32,000 nucleotides of DNA from positions 3,186,425-3,218,424 of the forward strand of contig NZ_JAQNDM010000002.1 of assembly GCF_028368975.1 (NCBI RefSeq). The letters run 5' to 3'. The position numbers and the translations under genes are program-made. The notes under the pieces were generated by a model. It had not been told where the DNA came from, ran no database searches, and saw only the letters and a list, made by a program, of their open reading frames with translations. Positions 23,301 through 30,618 of this stretch are shown here, piece after piece. The number at the start of each line of letters is the position of its first letter. Positions within the stretch are counted from its first letter, which is position 1. Source of the DNA: Stigmatella ashevillensis. Lineage in GTDB: Bacteria > Myxococcota > Myxococcia > Myxococcales > Myxococcaceae.

Positions 23301-26134
23301 TTGCCCGCAGCGTCCGTCACGGTCACGACGAGCGCGTAGTCCGCCTCGATACCGGTGGGCATCGCATCGAGGGAGACGGTGGCCAGGCCACCGCCGGCAT
23401 TGCCCTGGCCATAGACGATGCCGGGATTGCTGGCGTTGCGAACCTGGACCGGCCGCCCATCTTCCAGACCGTCAATGGTCACCCGGAGCTGCACGGAGCC
23501 TGTGGGCCACTCGACGGCATTCAGCCGCCGATCCCCGTTGACGTCTCCCACCAGTTCCACGGCACGCACCACCGGCTCGGTGCTGTCCACGGTGATGTTC
23601 ACCGACTGAGACACGGAGATGGCCCCGTCGTCGAGAACGGCGCGCAGGGCGTAGCGCCCATCGGGGTAGGTGAAATCCGGGGTGAAGGCCGGCACGTTGG
23701 CGGCCAGGGTGTACCAGCCCGAGCCATCCCGGCAGGGCGCGGCATCCTGGCTCGGCGCCACGCTCGCGCAGATGTCCACGACGGCGTTCGCCGAACGTCC
23801 ATTCGCGGCGTACTTCAGGGGCGCCTGGATGCCCGACTCCTCGGGCGTGACGTCGGAGTTCACGACGTAGACCGGGGCGGGGGAAGCCGCGGGAATCTCC
23901 AGGGCGATGTTGCCCGGCTGGGTGTCCACCAGGAGCAGCACCGTGGCGCAGGCCACCGTGCCTCCGGGGCCGATGAGCTCGGCGCGCAGCACGTTGGAGC
24001 CCTCTTCCAGCTCCACGGTGTTGAACCGCTTCGTCCGCTCGTTCGCGGCGACATCCACCACGGCGATCTCGGTGGCCCCGCGCAGCAATCGCAGCTTGCT
24101 GGCCGCCTGGGTGTCCACGCTCAGGGTGACCGAGACACTCAACCCGCCGTTGGGCAGCACGATGCCATCCGTGGCCCCCAGGTACCGGCCAATCGCGGGG
24201 GTCTCGAAGGCCAGCGAACTCGGAGAGAAGGCCAGGGTCAGCGCCCGGACTTGCTCGCTGGTGTTGCCCGCCAGATCCGTGGAGGCGACTTGCAACAGAC
24301 ATTCGCCGCTGAGCGGCACGGAGACGTCCCTCAACACGAGCGCCCCGTGGTCATCGGCCTGTCCCGCCACCCCCGCGGCCAGGGCGCACCCCGTGACGAG
24401 CACCGAGGCGTACGGCTCGGTCTCCACCTCGAGGGCCACTTGCATGCCCGGAGCCAGAGACGTGTCGTTGAGCCCGAAGCCCAGAACAGTCTCTCCGGCG
24501 GGCACACCGCGCACCTGGAACGCCAGCACCGGCGGCGTGGAGTCCAGCTCCAGGGAGAGCAGCTGACTCGTGGCGCCCCCTGGACAGGAGGCCAGGAGCC
24601 GGTACGCGCCATCGCTCTCCAAGAGGAGCGAAACCAGCGCCGACCCCGAAGATGCGACGGCGGTGCTCCGTCCCCGCTCATTGCCATTCACATCCAAGGC
24701 CACCACGGTGACCGGCCCGGCCCCCGACTCCACGCGGACCGAGGTGTTCATGCCCGTGGTGGGAATCAGGGTGCCATTGTCCGGCGAGATGATGCGGCAG
24801 ACGGGCTGGCCCGTGGTGACCGTGACGGTCTCCGCCAGGCACTGCTCCAAACCCGCTGCATTGCGGACACAGGCCTGAACGGCATTGGCGCCCCCCGCCA
24901 GTTGCACGGTGAAGGCCGCCTCGCGCCCACCGTTCGTCACCGCCCGCTGCGGCTGGGCGAACTTGCCGGTGACGCTGGTGAAGAGCGTCACCTGGGTGCC
25001 AGGAGGCAGCGAGTCCACCTGGACGGTCACCGGTACCTGCACGCCGTTGTCGAGCCGGCCGTCCACCGGATCCTCCGAGAGGCTCTTCGGCACCACCAAT
25101 TTGAGGGTTGGCGTCGTGCTGGCCACCGTGACGGGAACCTGCCGGGTGGAGACATTGCCCCCCGCATCGGAGACTTTCAGCGTGAAGAGGTAATCCCCAT
25201 CCACCGGCACCGTGACGGCGGGGAACGTCACGCCTCCGGAAATGACGGGGGCGGACAGATCCGGCGCGCCAACCCGGGACAGGGTGGCCAACACACCGGG
25301 CTCGGTACACCCCACGGTGGCCTCCACCCGGAACGTCGTGGACGCCACCGCCGCCACTGGCCAGGCCAGTTCCACGCGCGGAGACACCGTGTCCAACGTG
25401 ATGTGGCGCCGGCCGGACGTCACCTCGTCATCGCCATTGCGGACCACCGCGTAGCACTGGGCTTCCTGGGACTCGCATGCGAACTGGGACAGCGTCACCT
25501 CGACCTGGGTGGCCCCATTGCCCGCCACGGTGAAGTCCGTGGGAGGCACCCCACACGCCTGCTCGCAATAGATCGTGCCCTTTCTTCCCGACAGGCCCAC
25601 GGCATTCACGCTGAAGCGCAGCTGGTAGCCGGGCGAATCCGGGTTCGCGTCATCCGCCTCGAGCAGCACCTCGCCTTCGGGGGGCTGCGTCAGATCCACC
25701 GATGGCGGCTCCGAGGTCACCGTGACGCTGATGCGCTGGGTGGCCGTGCGCCGCGAGCTGGCCTCCTCCACCGTCACCTGCAGCACGTTGGTGCGCGACT
25801 GCAACAGCGCCGCCGGGAAGCGGGCCGTGTCCCCCTCGATGAGGGCCTTGGGCCCCTCCGTCCATCCCTGCTCGGACGGCGTGCGCACCTCCAGCTTCGC
25901 GCTGGCCAGCTTCACCGCCCGGCCCGAGGTGTCCCGGGCCCGCACCACCACCTCGTGCTGGAAGCCGTCGGTGGCCGTGTCCTCATCATCGGAGAGCACC
26001 AGCCGCTGCCCGTCCACGGGCTTCTCGAACCCCACCTCCAGCTCCGACTCCACCGGTGGCTCGCCGCAGCTGCATCCGGACGCACTCCACAGCGCGAGCC
26101 CCATCAACAGCCACTGCCACATCGATCGGCGCAT
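20330..26134 (-). CDS. Giant (about 1,934 aa) secreted protein or probable lipoprotein: tandem bacterial Ig-like domains, an FN3-like domain, and a C-terminal seven-repeat FG-GAP/VCBS beta-propeller
   Basis: Signal peptide MRRSMWQWLLMGLALWSASGC from ATG 26134 (GGGAGA SD 4 nt upstream); an alternative GTG 26203 overlaps the PqqD stop. Recurrent Ig-domain ends carry D.AGN/D.SGN (VSDAGGN, STDLAGN, VTDAAGN, AVDTSGN, ARDTAGN, VVDASGN). The last ~430 aa (about 20333-21625) carry FG-GAP calcium-loop repeats: GDLNADGREDLIV, QDINGDGLHELLL, GDITGDGVADFTV, GDLNGDGRVDIAV, LDFNGDGKMDLAV. Confidence 0.9.
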   Translation of the reverse strand: MRRSMWQWLLMGLALWSASGCSCGEPPVESELEVGFEKPVDGQRLVLSDDEDTATDGFQHEVVVRARDTSGRAVKLASAKLEVRTPSEQGWTEGPKALIEGDTARFPAALLQSRTNVLQVTVEEASSRRTATQRISVTVTSEPPSVDLTQPPEGEVLLEADDANPDSPGYQLRFSVNAVGLSGRKGTIYCEQACGVPPTDFTVAGNGATQVEVTLSQFACESQEAQCYAVVRNGDDEVTSGRRHITLDTVSPRVELAWPVAAVASTTFRVEATVGCTEPGVLATLSRVGAPDLSAPVISGGVTFPAVTVPVDGDYLFTLKVSDAGGNVSTRQVPVTVASTTPTLKLVVPKSLSEDPVDGRLDNGVQVPVTVQVDSLPPGTQVTLFTSVTGKFAQPQRAVTNGGREAAFTVQLAGGANAVQACVRNAAGLEQCLAETVTVTTGQPVCRIISPDNGTLIPTTGMNTSVRVESGAGPVTVVALDVNGNERGRSTAVASSGSALVSLLLESDGAYRLLASCPGGATSQLLSLELDSTPPVLAFQVRGVPAGETVLGFGLNDTSLAPGMQVALEVETEPYASVLVTGCALAAGVAGQADDHGALVLRDVSVPLSGECLLQVASTDLAGNTSEQVRALTLAFSPSSLAFETPAIGRYLGATDGIVLPNGGLSVSVTLSVDTQAASKLRLLRGATEIAVVDVAANERTKRFNTVELEEGSNVLRAELIGPGGTVACATVLLLVDTQPGNIALEIPAASPAPVYVVNSDVTPEESGIQAPLKYAANGRSANAVVDICASVAPSQDAAPCRDGSGWYTLAANVPAFTPDFTYPDGRYALRAVLDDGAISVSQSVNITVDSTEPVVRAVELVGDVNGDRRLNAVEWPTGSVQLRVTIDGLEDGRPVQVRNASNPGIVYGQGNAGGGLATVSLDAMPTGIEADYALVVTVTDAAGNQNRVLNPTPFYPLNTAAFFAFRLDRVPPSLVVSAPTRTEFGLADDGSTAVGFQLRAAINTSADVGAGGVRMLLSPGGNPVSLTPSELVATHEFTVPGTGKTEYTLSVVAVDTSGNETSVVRTLTVDLEAPTVTLVAPAASAVYDNTDIPVQVNVAGGDVSTVSILSQVGSAPAAVVGTLPVVSGVAQGTLNFPVGVQTVSAVARDTAGNAGSDSKANVDVKIPGCAITLTTPSEPVATLLAQDDLDPSAAGLQYRLAGITPACNGREVILYKGGSTTPEDAVTADPATGAFFFDVTLADGDQTRLAVEVFNISGLRAVDFVDVTVDITPPLITSISPSPTALFFVASTNAYLFPSPAPDRVVDMSPGGDANAVFTLTVTQGVGSTVQALYKGASVSSEFTISASPETLELPVTLPHNTDGTLEVRVVDASGNTARHTVTATVDVVPPAAPTVTMALVPGQERAAKVQVSWTASGDDGLSGMGVGYDLRWTVNAQLLNGIENEATFFGGKVKQETGALLPATSTAYTLTLPPLARYSIQLRPRDEIGNYAPFAVQPQIDNFWRQVTVTNPGVPSNSYATYITARGDLNADGREDLIVTGVLGNPGSAYVYYGSSDPVGSPPVRQELTVPETGAQAYGSDFDVGDVGNATSEPVADLLVGSRGWTSNSGRAFLYFGRKGQVLDTTAPIEFRHDTAITGATLGGSVKMIQDINGDGLHELLLSSHGETPGKVYLFYSRTPEAWRALGTGCNATSACVVPTSKSDKVFTAPTGMVFFGRSRGYVRLGDITGDGVADFTVPASHERVNNLYVYSGAAVHALGRNVSTTDALQVIHQGPDTTGNSQNGFGTEAFGGVNLVGGAGLDLVASSATQSKVFVFRDGGPSGFPTAPVEIVGGGRFGNALALGDLNGDGRVDIAVGQNVVGQNAAAVFYNQGIPGAEFDLAQENGFWQSKLASTTSLGISLTILDFNGDGKMDLAVGDSQSNPARVVVYY

Positions 26135-26199
26135 TCGTCTCCCACCCTCTCCAGCGGCAGGCCGTGGGCCTGCGGCTCGCGACATCAGCGCAAGGGACC

Positions 26200-26550
26200 T
26201 CACGGCCCCAGCACCAGCACCTTCTTCGCCACGAGGAGCCGGAGGAAGGCGACCGTGTCCGCTTCACACGCCTCCGGTTCCACCTCGAATTCGTCACACA
26301 GCACCGCCACGATGTCCGCCACCGTCCGGCGGCCATCCACCAACTCCACGATGCGCTCGGCCACCTCGGACACCTGACCCCGGGCGTCCTCGAACAGGTG
26401 CAGGTGCTCATCGGGCCCCGCAGCCATCAGCCGCCCACCCACGCGCTGCACCCCCGTCTCCGGATGCAGCCGAGGCACGGCGCGCAGCACCTCCCGGCCC
26501 GCCTCCGCGGGAGCTTTCGTTCCATCTTTGTTGGAAACGAATCCAGCCAC
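26200..26550 (-). CDS. PqqD-family protein (RiPP recognition element-type peptide chaperone)
   Basis: ...HLHLFEDARGQVSEVAERIVELVDGRRTVADIVAVLCDEFEVEPEACEADTVAFLRLLVAKKVL fits the PqqD winged-helix pattern (LN.tg..iw.l.DG.rtv.eI...l..ey.v......Dv..fl..L). GTG start with a GGGAGA SD 6 nt upstream. First gene after a 250-bp divergent intergenic region. Confidence 0.8.
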   Translation of the reverse strand: MAGFVSNKDGTKAPAEAGREVLRAVPRLHPETGVQRVGGRLMAAGPDEHLHLFEDARGQVSEVAERIVELVDGRRTVADIVAVLCDEFEVEPEACEADTVAFLRLLVAKKVLVLGP

Positions 26551-26672
26551 TTGAATCTCCCGGAGGCCTGCCCCCCGGCCTGGAGCTTCCCGGCCTCACG
26601 GAATCTGAAGGCATGCTATCCGCGAAGATCCGGCCCGGCCAAATCCCTGATCTCCTCAGTCCCCTCACGGAT

Positions 26673-26744
26673 CAAGGTTTTGGAAGAAATCCCCGGAACT
26701 CCCCAGGGCCCGCACAAGGATTTGGGCGGAAACCGCGAAACCGC
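26673..26744. promoter_or_regulatory. Direct repeats in the divergent control region upstream of the PqqD operon
   Basis: CAAGGtTTTGG at 26673 and CAAGGaTTTGG at 26715 are 42 bp apart; the 27-nt units match 19/27. A tandem GAAACCGC GAAACCGC sits at 26729-26744. Confidence 0.35.
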
Positions 26745-26800
26745 TATGACGGGGCGGCGCCAGACTCCCACGAGGGAGGGCGACACGATGGGGAGGGCGG

Positions 26801-27376
26801 ATGAACACGACGCCGGAAGGCAACATGGCGCCACGGCAGGGCTGGTGGAGCCGCAATTGGAAGTGGGTCGTTCCTGTTGGCTGTCTGACACCCGTGCTGA
26901 TGTGCGGGTGTTTCGGGGCGCTCGTCTTCTACTTCGTCACGAGCACCATCAAGTCCACGGATGCCTACCAGCAGGCCGTCACCCTCGTTTCGGCGAACCC
27001 CGAAGTCCAGGAGGCGCTGGGCACCCCCATCGACTTCGGATGGCCGCGGGGCTCCGTGAACGCCACAAACGGAGAGGGCCGCGCCAGCGTCAGCGTGCCC
27101 GTCGAAGGCCCCAAGGGCAGCGGGACCTTGCGCCTCGAAGCCGTCTCGGAGGGCGAGAATTGGACCTTTGATCTGCTTCAAGTGGAGGTCCCCGGCAGGC
27201 CGGCCATCGATCTGATGGATCAGGTGGGCGGACGCCCGGAGCCGGAGCTGGAACCCCTCCCGGACGACGAACCGCCGCCCACGATGGATGAGGAGATGCT
27301 TCCCCCGGAAGAGGAAGTCCTCCCCCCCTCCGAAGAGGAAGCCCCCGCCAAGAAGGGCTCCGAGATCGACCTGTAG
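26801..27376 (+). CDS. Membrane-anchored Coa1-like (cytochrome oxidase assembly factor 1 family) protein with an acidic Pro/Glu-rich tail
   Basis: [16 protein letters not shown]... TM segment, then [77 protein letters not shown] matches the bacterial Coa1-family pattern. GGGGAGGG SD lies upstream of the ATG. Confidence 0.72.
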   Translation: MNTTPEGNMAPRQGWWSRNWKWVVPVGCLTPVLMCGCFGALVFYFVTSTIKSTDAYQQAVTLVSANPEVQEALGTPIDFGWPRGSVNATNGEGRASVSVPVEGPKGSGTLRLEAVSEGENWTFDLLQVEVPGRPAIDLMDQVGGRPEPELEPLPDDEPPPTMDEEMLPPEEEVLPPSEEEAPAKKGSEIDL

Positions 27377-27390
27377 CCCGCAACGCAAGA

Positions 27391-27423
27391 GGGGCGGCGC
27401 GGGCCTGAGCCTCGCACCACCCC
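27391..27423. terminator. Candidate imperfect GC-rich hairpin between convergent genes
   Basis: GGGGCGGCGCGGGC-CTGA-GCCTCGCACCACCCC forms about 14 pairs with two C-A mismatches and one bulge. It sits between stops at 27376 (+) and 27453 (-). No U-tract. Confidence 0.3.
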
Positions 27424-27452
27424 TTCCGCGTGCCACACCGGAATGGACCGGC

Positions 27453-28418
27453 CTACTTCAGGGCGTGGAGCGCCTGGCGCAGCTCGGGCAGCACCTTGAA
27501 GAGATCCGCCACGAGGCCGTAATCGGCCACCTGGAAGATGGGGGCCTCGGCGTCCTTGTTGATGGCCACGATGGTCTTCGAGCTCTTCATGCCCGCCAGG
27601 TGCTGGATGGCACCGCTGATGCCCGCGGCGATGTAGAGCTGCGGGGCCACGACCTTGCCCGTCTGACCGATCTGCAAGTCGTTGGGCACCCAGCCGGCGT
27701 CACACACCGCGCGCGAGGCGCCCACCGCGGCGCCCAGCTCGTCGGCCAGGGCTTCAATCTCCTTGAAGTCACCCTTGGTGCCACGGCCACCGGACACCAC
27801 CACCCGGGCCTCGGTCAGCTCCGGACGGGCGCTCTTCACTTCCTTGAAGTCGATGAACTTCGTCTTGGACGGTTCGATCTTCGCGGTGAAGGTCTTCACC
27901 TCGGCGGCCGCCTGACCGCTGGCGGCGGCGGGGAACTCGGTGGCGCGCAGGCTGAGCACCTTCACGGGCGTGGTGAGCTTCACCTCGGCGATGACGTTGC
28001 CGGCCCACATGGGGCGGGTGAAGGTGACGTCCGCGCCACTGCCGTTGATGGCGGTGACGTCGGTGGCCATGGCGGCCTTGAGGCGGGCGGCCACGCGGGG
28101 CAACAGGTCCTTGCCCAGGGCGGTGGAGGCCGCGCCCACGTAGTCGGCCTTCAGCTCCTGCGCCAGGGTGGCGACGACAGGGGCGTAGACCTCGGCCAGG
28201 TAGTGCTCGAACTCGGGGGCCGCGGCGGTGTGCACCGCCTTGGCGCCCAGGCCCTTGAGCTCCTCGGCCAGCTTGGAAGGATCCTTGGACAGCAGCACCA
28301 GGTGCAGCTCGGCGCCCGCCTTCTGCGCCAGCTGGCTGCCGGCGGAGATGGCGTTGAGGGTGGCCTTGCGCAGGTTCCCGTCAGGTTGCTGCTCGGCGAC
28401 GATGAGAACGATCGGCAT
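27453..28418 (-). CDS. etfA: Electron transfer flavoprotein subunit alpha
   Basis: [11 protein letters not shown]...; the C-terminal FAD-binding region is [10 protein letters not shown]...[47 protein letters not shown]. It lies directly downstream of etfB. Confidence 0.95.
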   Translation of the reverse strand: MPIVLIVAEQQPDGNLRKATLNAISAGSQLAQKAGAELHLVLLSKDPSKLAEELKGLGAKAVHTAAAPEFEHYLAEVYAPVVATLAQELKADYVGAASTALGKDLLPRVAARLKAAMATDVTAINGSGADVTFTRPMWAGNVIAEVKLTTPVKVLSLRATEFPAAASGQAAAEVKTFTAKIEPSKTKFIDFKEVKSARPELTEARVVVSGGRGTKGDFKEIEALADELGAAVGASRAVCDAGWVPNDLQIGQTGKVVAPQLYIAAGISGAIQHLAGMKSSKTIVAINKDAEAPIFQVADYGLVADLFKVLPELRQALHALK

Positions 28419-28457
28419 TTGGGACTCCAGTCTCTCGAAGCGGTTGAAGGGACAGGC

Positions 28458-29255
28458 CTAGACGGCCTTGGCCTCGTTGCGCAGCTTGTCCACCAGCGAC
28501 GCCACGTCCGGCACCTTGATGCCAGCCTTGCGCGGCGGCGGCGAGGACAGCTTCAGCACCTGGATCTTCAGGGCGACATCCACCCCGAGCTTCTGGGGCG
28601 TCAGCTCCTCGATGGGCTTGCTCTTGGCCTTCATGATGCCGGGGAGGCTCGCGTAGCGCGGCATGTTCAGGCGCAGGTCCGTGGTGACGACGGCCGGCAG
28701 CGTGCACTCCAGCGTGGTCAGCCCGTTGTCGACCTCGCGCACCACGCGCACCGTCTTGCCATCGGCGCCCACCTGGAGGGCCGGCGCCTTGTTCTTCTCC
28801 TGCTCACTCTCCAGGGACTCGACCTTGGAGGCAAACGTGGCCTGACCCCAGCCCAGGAACTCGGCCAGGTACTGGCCCACTTGGTTCTGGTCGTCGTCGA
28901 TGGACTGCTTGCCCAGCAGGACGAGGTCCGGCTTCTCCTTCTCCACCACCTTCTGGAGCAGCCCGGCGATGCCCAGCTGATCCAGCGGCCCCACGTGGTT
29001 CACCCACACCGCGCGGTGGGCGCCCATGGCCAGCGCGTGCCGGAGCGACTCCTGCACTTCCTTGGCCCCGATGGAGACAACCACCACCTCACCGCCGTGC
29101 TTGGCGGCCAGACGCAGCCCCTCCTCCACGCCGATCTCATCGAAGGGGTTGATCTTGTACTTCAAGCCCTCTTGCACGATGCCCGAGCCGTCGGGCTTGA
29201 CCTTGATCTTGGACTCGGGATCTTCCACGCGCTTGGCGGTGACGAGGATCTTCAC
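28458..29255 (-). CDS. etfB: Electron transfer flavoprotein subunit beta
   Basis: MKILVTAKRVEDPESKIKVKPDGSGI....KYKINPFDEIGVEEGLRL, then LVLLGKQSIDDDQNQVGQ.LAE.LGW. GTG start with a GGAGAGGG SD. Confidence 0.95.
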   Translation of the reverse strand: MKILVTAKRVEDPESKIKVKPDGSGIVQEGLKYKINPFDEIGVEEGLRLAAKHGGEVVVVSIGAKEVQESLRHALAMGAHRAVWVNHVGPLDQLGIAGLLQKVVEKEKPDLVLLGKQSIDDDQNQVGQYLAEFLGWGQATFASKVESLESEQEKNKAPALQVGADGKTVRVVREVDNGLTTLECTLPAVVTTDLRLNMPRYASLPGIMKAKSKPIEELTPQKLGVDVALKIQVLKLSSPPPRKAGIKVPDVASLVDKLRNEAKAV

Positions 29256-29282
29256 GGGGTCCCTCTCCTGTGGGGTGGCCTC

Positions 29283-29298
29283 TTGATTGGTGAATCAA
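29283..29298. promoter_or_regulatory. Perfect palindrome TTGATTggtgAATCAA in the AT-rich acyl-CoA dehydrogenase/etfB spacer (operator-like)
   Basis: 6-bp arms with a 4-nt spacer, extendable to 7/8. It lies in a 119-bp intergenic gap whose G+C is much lower than the flanks. Confidence 0.3.
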
Positions 29299-29374
29299 TA
29301 AGAGCGGGCAGGAGTAATAGGCCCCACGTCCCGCGCCGGCAATGGGAAACGACGCGGAACAGGGATTAACTTTT

Positions 29375-30511
29375 CTACTTGAACAATTCCCTCGCGATGA
29401 CGAGCCGCTGCACCTGACTGGTGCCCTCGTAGATCTGGATGAGCTTGGCGTCGCGCATCAGCTTCTCGACGGGGTATTCCTTGATGTAGCCGTAACCGCC
29501 GTAAACCTGGACGGCATCGGTGGTCACCTTCATGGCCATGTCGGCGGCGAAGCACTTGGCGTAGCTGGAGATGAGGGTGTTCTTCTGGCCCTCGTCCAGC
29601 AGCAGCGCGCTCTGGTAGGTGAGCAGGCGGGCGGCCTGAATGTTCATGCCCATGTCGGCGAGCATGAACTGGACGCCCTGATGCTCGCGGATGGCCTTGC
29701 CGAAGGTGCGGCGCTGGGAGCTGTACTCGAGGCTGTGCTCGAGGGCGGCGCGGGCAATGCCCACGGAGAACATGGCCGTCAGCGGACGGCTGTTGTCCAG
29801 CGTCTCCATGGCGATGAGGAAACCCTGGCCCTCTTCGCCGATGCGGTTTTCCACCGGAACGCGCACGTCCTCGAACGTGAGGGTGACGGTGTTGCTGGCG
29901 CGCTGGCCCATCTTGTTCTCGTGCTTGCCAATGGTGAGCCCCGGCGGCTGGCCCTCCACCACGAAGCAGCTGATGCCCTTGTGCTTCCGGTCTTTGTCCA
30001 CCGTGGCGAAGACCGTGTACTGCTCCGCGTAGGTGCCGTTGGTGATGAAGCACTTGGAGCCGTTGAGGACGTAGTGGTCGCCATCAAGACGGGCCGTGGT
30101 GGACAGGCCCGCCACGTCCGAGCCAGCCCCCGGCTCGGTGAGACAGAACGAGGCGAACTTCAGCTTCTCGGTGAAGGGCGTCAAAAGCCGCCGCTTCTGA
30201 TCCGGGGTGCCCGCCAGGATGATGGGCAGGTTCGCCAGATCATTGGCCACGATGGTGGTGGCCACCGAGGCATCGCCCCAGCTCAGCTCCTCGCACACGA
30301 TGACCTGCTCGAGGTGGGACAGCCCCAGGCCGTTGTACTCCTGGGGAATGGCCATGTTGATGAGCCCCAGCTCGTGCGCGGTGGCGATCAGCGCCTTGGG
30401 AAACTCGGCCGTCTCGTCGTGGTGGGCGGACTTGGGACGCACCACCTCGCGGGCGTACTTGCGGGCGGTCTCCTGGAGTGCGCGTTGAGAGTCGGAGAGC
30501 TGGAAGTCCAT
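29375..30511 (-). CDS. Acyl-CoA dehydrogenase (short/medium-chain, butyryl-CoA dehydrogenase-like)
   Basis: FCLTEPGAGSDVAGL, DHYVLNGSKCFITNG and QVYGGYGYIKEYPVEKLMRDAKLIQIYEGTSQVQRLVIAREL, including the C-terminal catalytic Glu context. Lies upstream of etfBA. Confidence 0.95.
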   Translation of the reverse strand: MDFQLSDSQRALQETARKYAREVVRPKSAHHDETAEFPKALIATAHELGLINMAIPQEYNGLGLSHLEQVIVCEELSWGDASVATTIVANDLANLPIILAGTPDQKRRLLTPFTEKLKFASFCLTEPGAGSDVAGLSTTARLDGDHYVLNGSKCFITNGTYAEQYTVFATVDKDRKHKGISCFVVEGQPPGLTIGKHENKMGQRASNTVTLTFEDVRVPVENRIGEEGQGFLIAMETLDNSRPLTAMFSVGIARAALEHSLEYSSQRRTFGKAIREHQGVQFMLADMGMNIQAARLLTYQSALLLDEGQKNTLISSYAKCFAADMAMKVTTDAVQVYGGYGYIKEYPVEKLMRDAKLIQIYEGTSQVQRLVIARELFK

Positions 30512-30551
30512 GCGTTCCTCGTGATTCGAGAGCGGAAGGAATGTTGCTGTT

Positions 30552-30579
30552 TTGACGAAGGGTGAAGAGTCGCAATACT
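30552..30579 (+). promoter_or_regulatory. Candidate sigma70-type promoter for the Ig-like lipoprotein gene
   Basis: TTGACG (30552-30557), 16-nt spacer, AATACT (30574-30579). The ATG lies about 40 nt downstream, preceded by AGGAG at 30604-30608. Confidence 0.3.
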
Positions 30580-30618
30580 GTTCGAACCCCCACGTTTTTC
30601 ATCAGGAGTTCACCCTTA

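Noticed and set aside
20903-26377. 1,824-aa plus-strand ORF (the second-longest in the track)
   Set aside because: It is antisense to the giant Ig/FG-GAP gene. The translation is low-complexity Arg/Gly/His/Pro-rich with no motifs, whereas the minus frame shows clear domain repeats. This is a typical high-GC shadow ORF.
18455-26550. Calling the cassette a canonical (phosphorylated) lasso-peptide cluster
   Set aside because: There is no Asn-synthetase-like cyclase and no transglutaminase-like B2 protease in the window. The putative core after T-P is only 11 residues. The lasso-like leader motif is noted but is insufficient for that call.
26610-26623. Sigma54-like element GGCATgctatcCGC with correct GG/GC spacing
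   Set aside because: It keeps only the GG and GC dinucleotides and poorly matches TGGCAC-N5-TTGC. It sits about 165 nt from the nearest downstream start, and no enhancer-binding protein gene is nearby.
26613-26804. 63-codon plus-strand frame in the PqqD/Coa1 intergenic region (MLSAKIRPGQ...), with an apparent QGFGR(N/K)PRN repeat
   Set aside because: Third-position G+C is only about 59% by hand count, far below real genes here. The amino-acid repeat is better explained as a DNA-level direct repeat in a regulatory region.
27288-30565. 693-aa and 407-aa plus-strand ORFs
   Set aside because: Antisense shadows of etfA/etfB and the acyl-CoA dehydrogenase.
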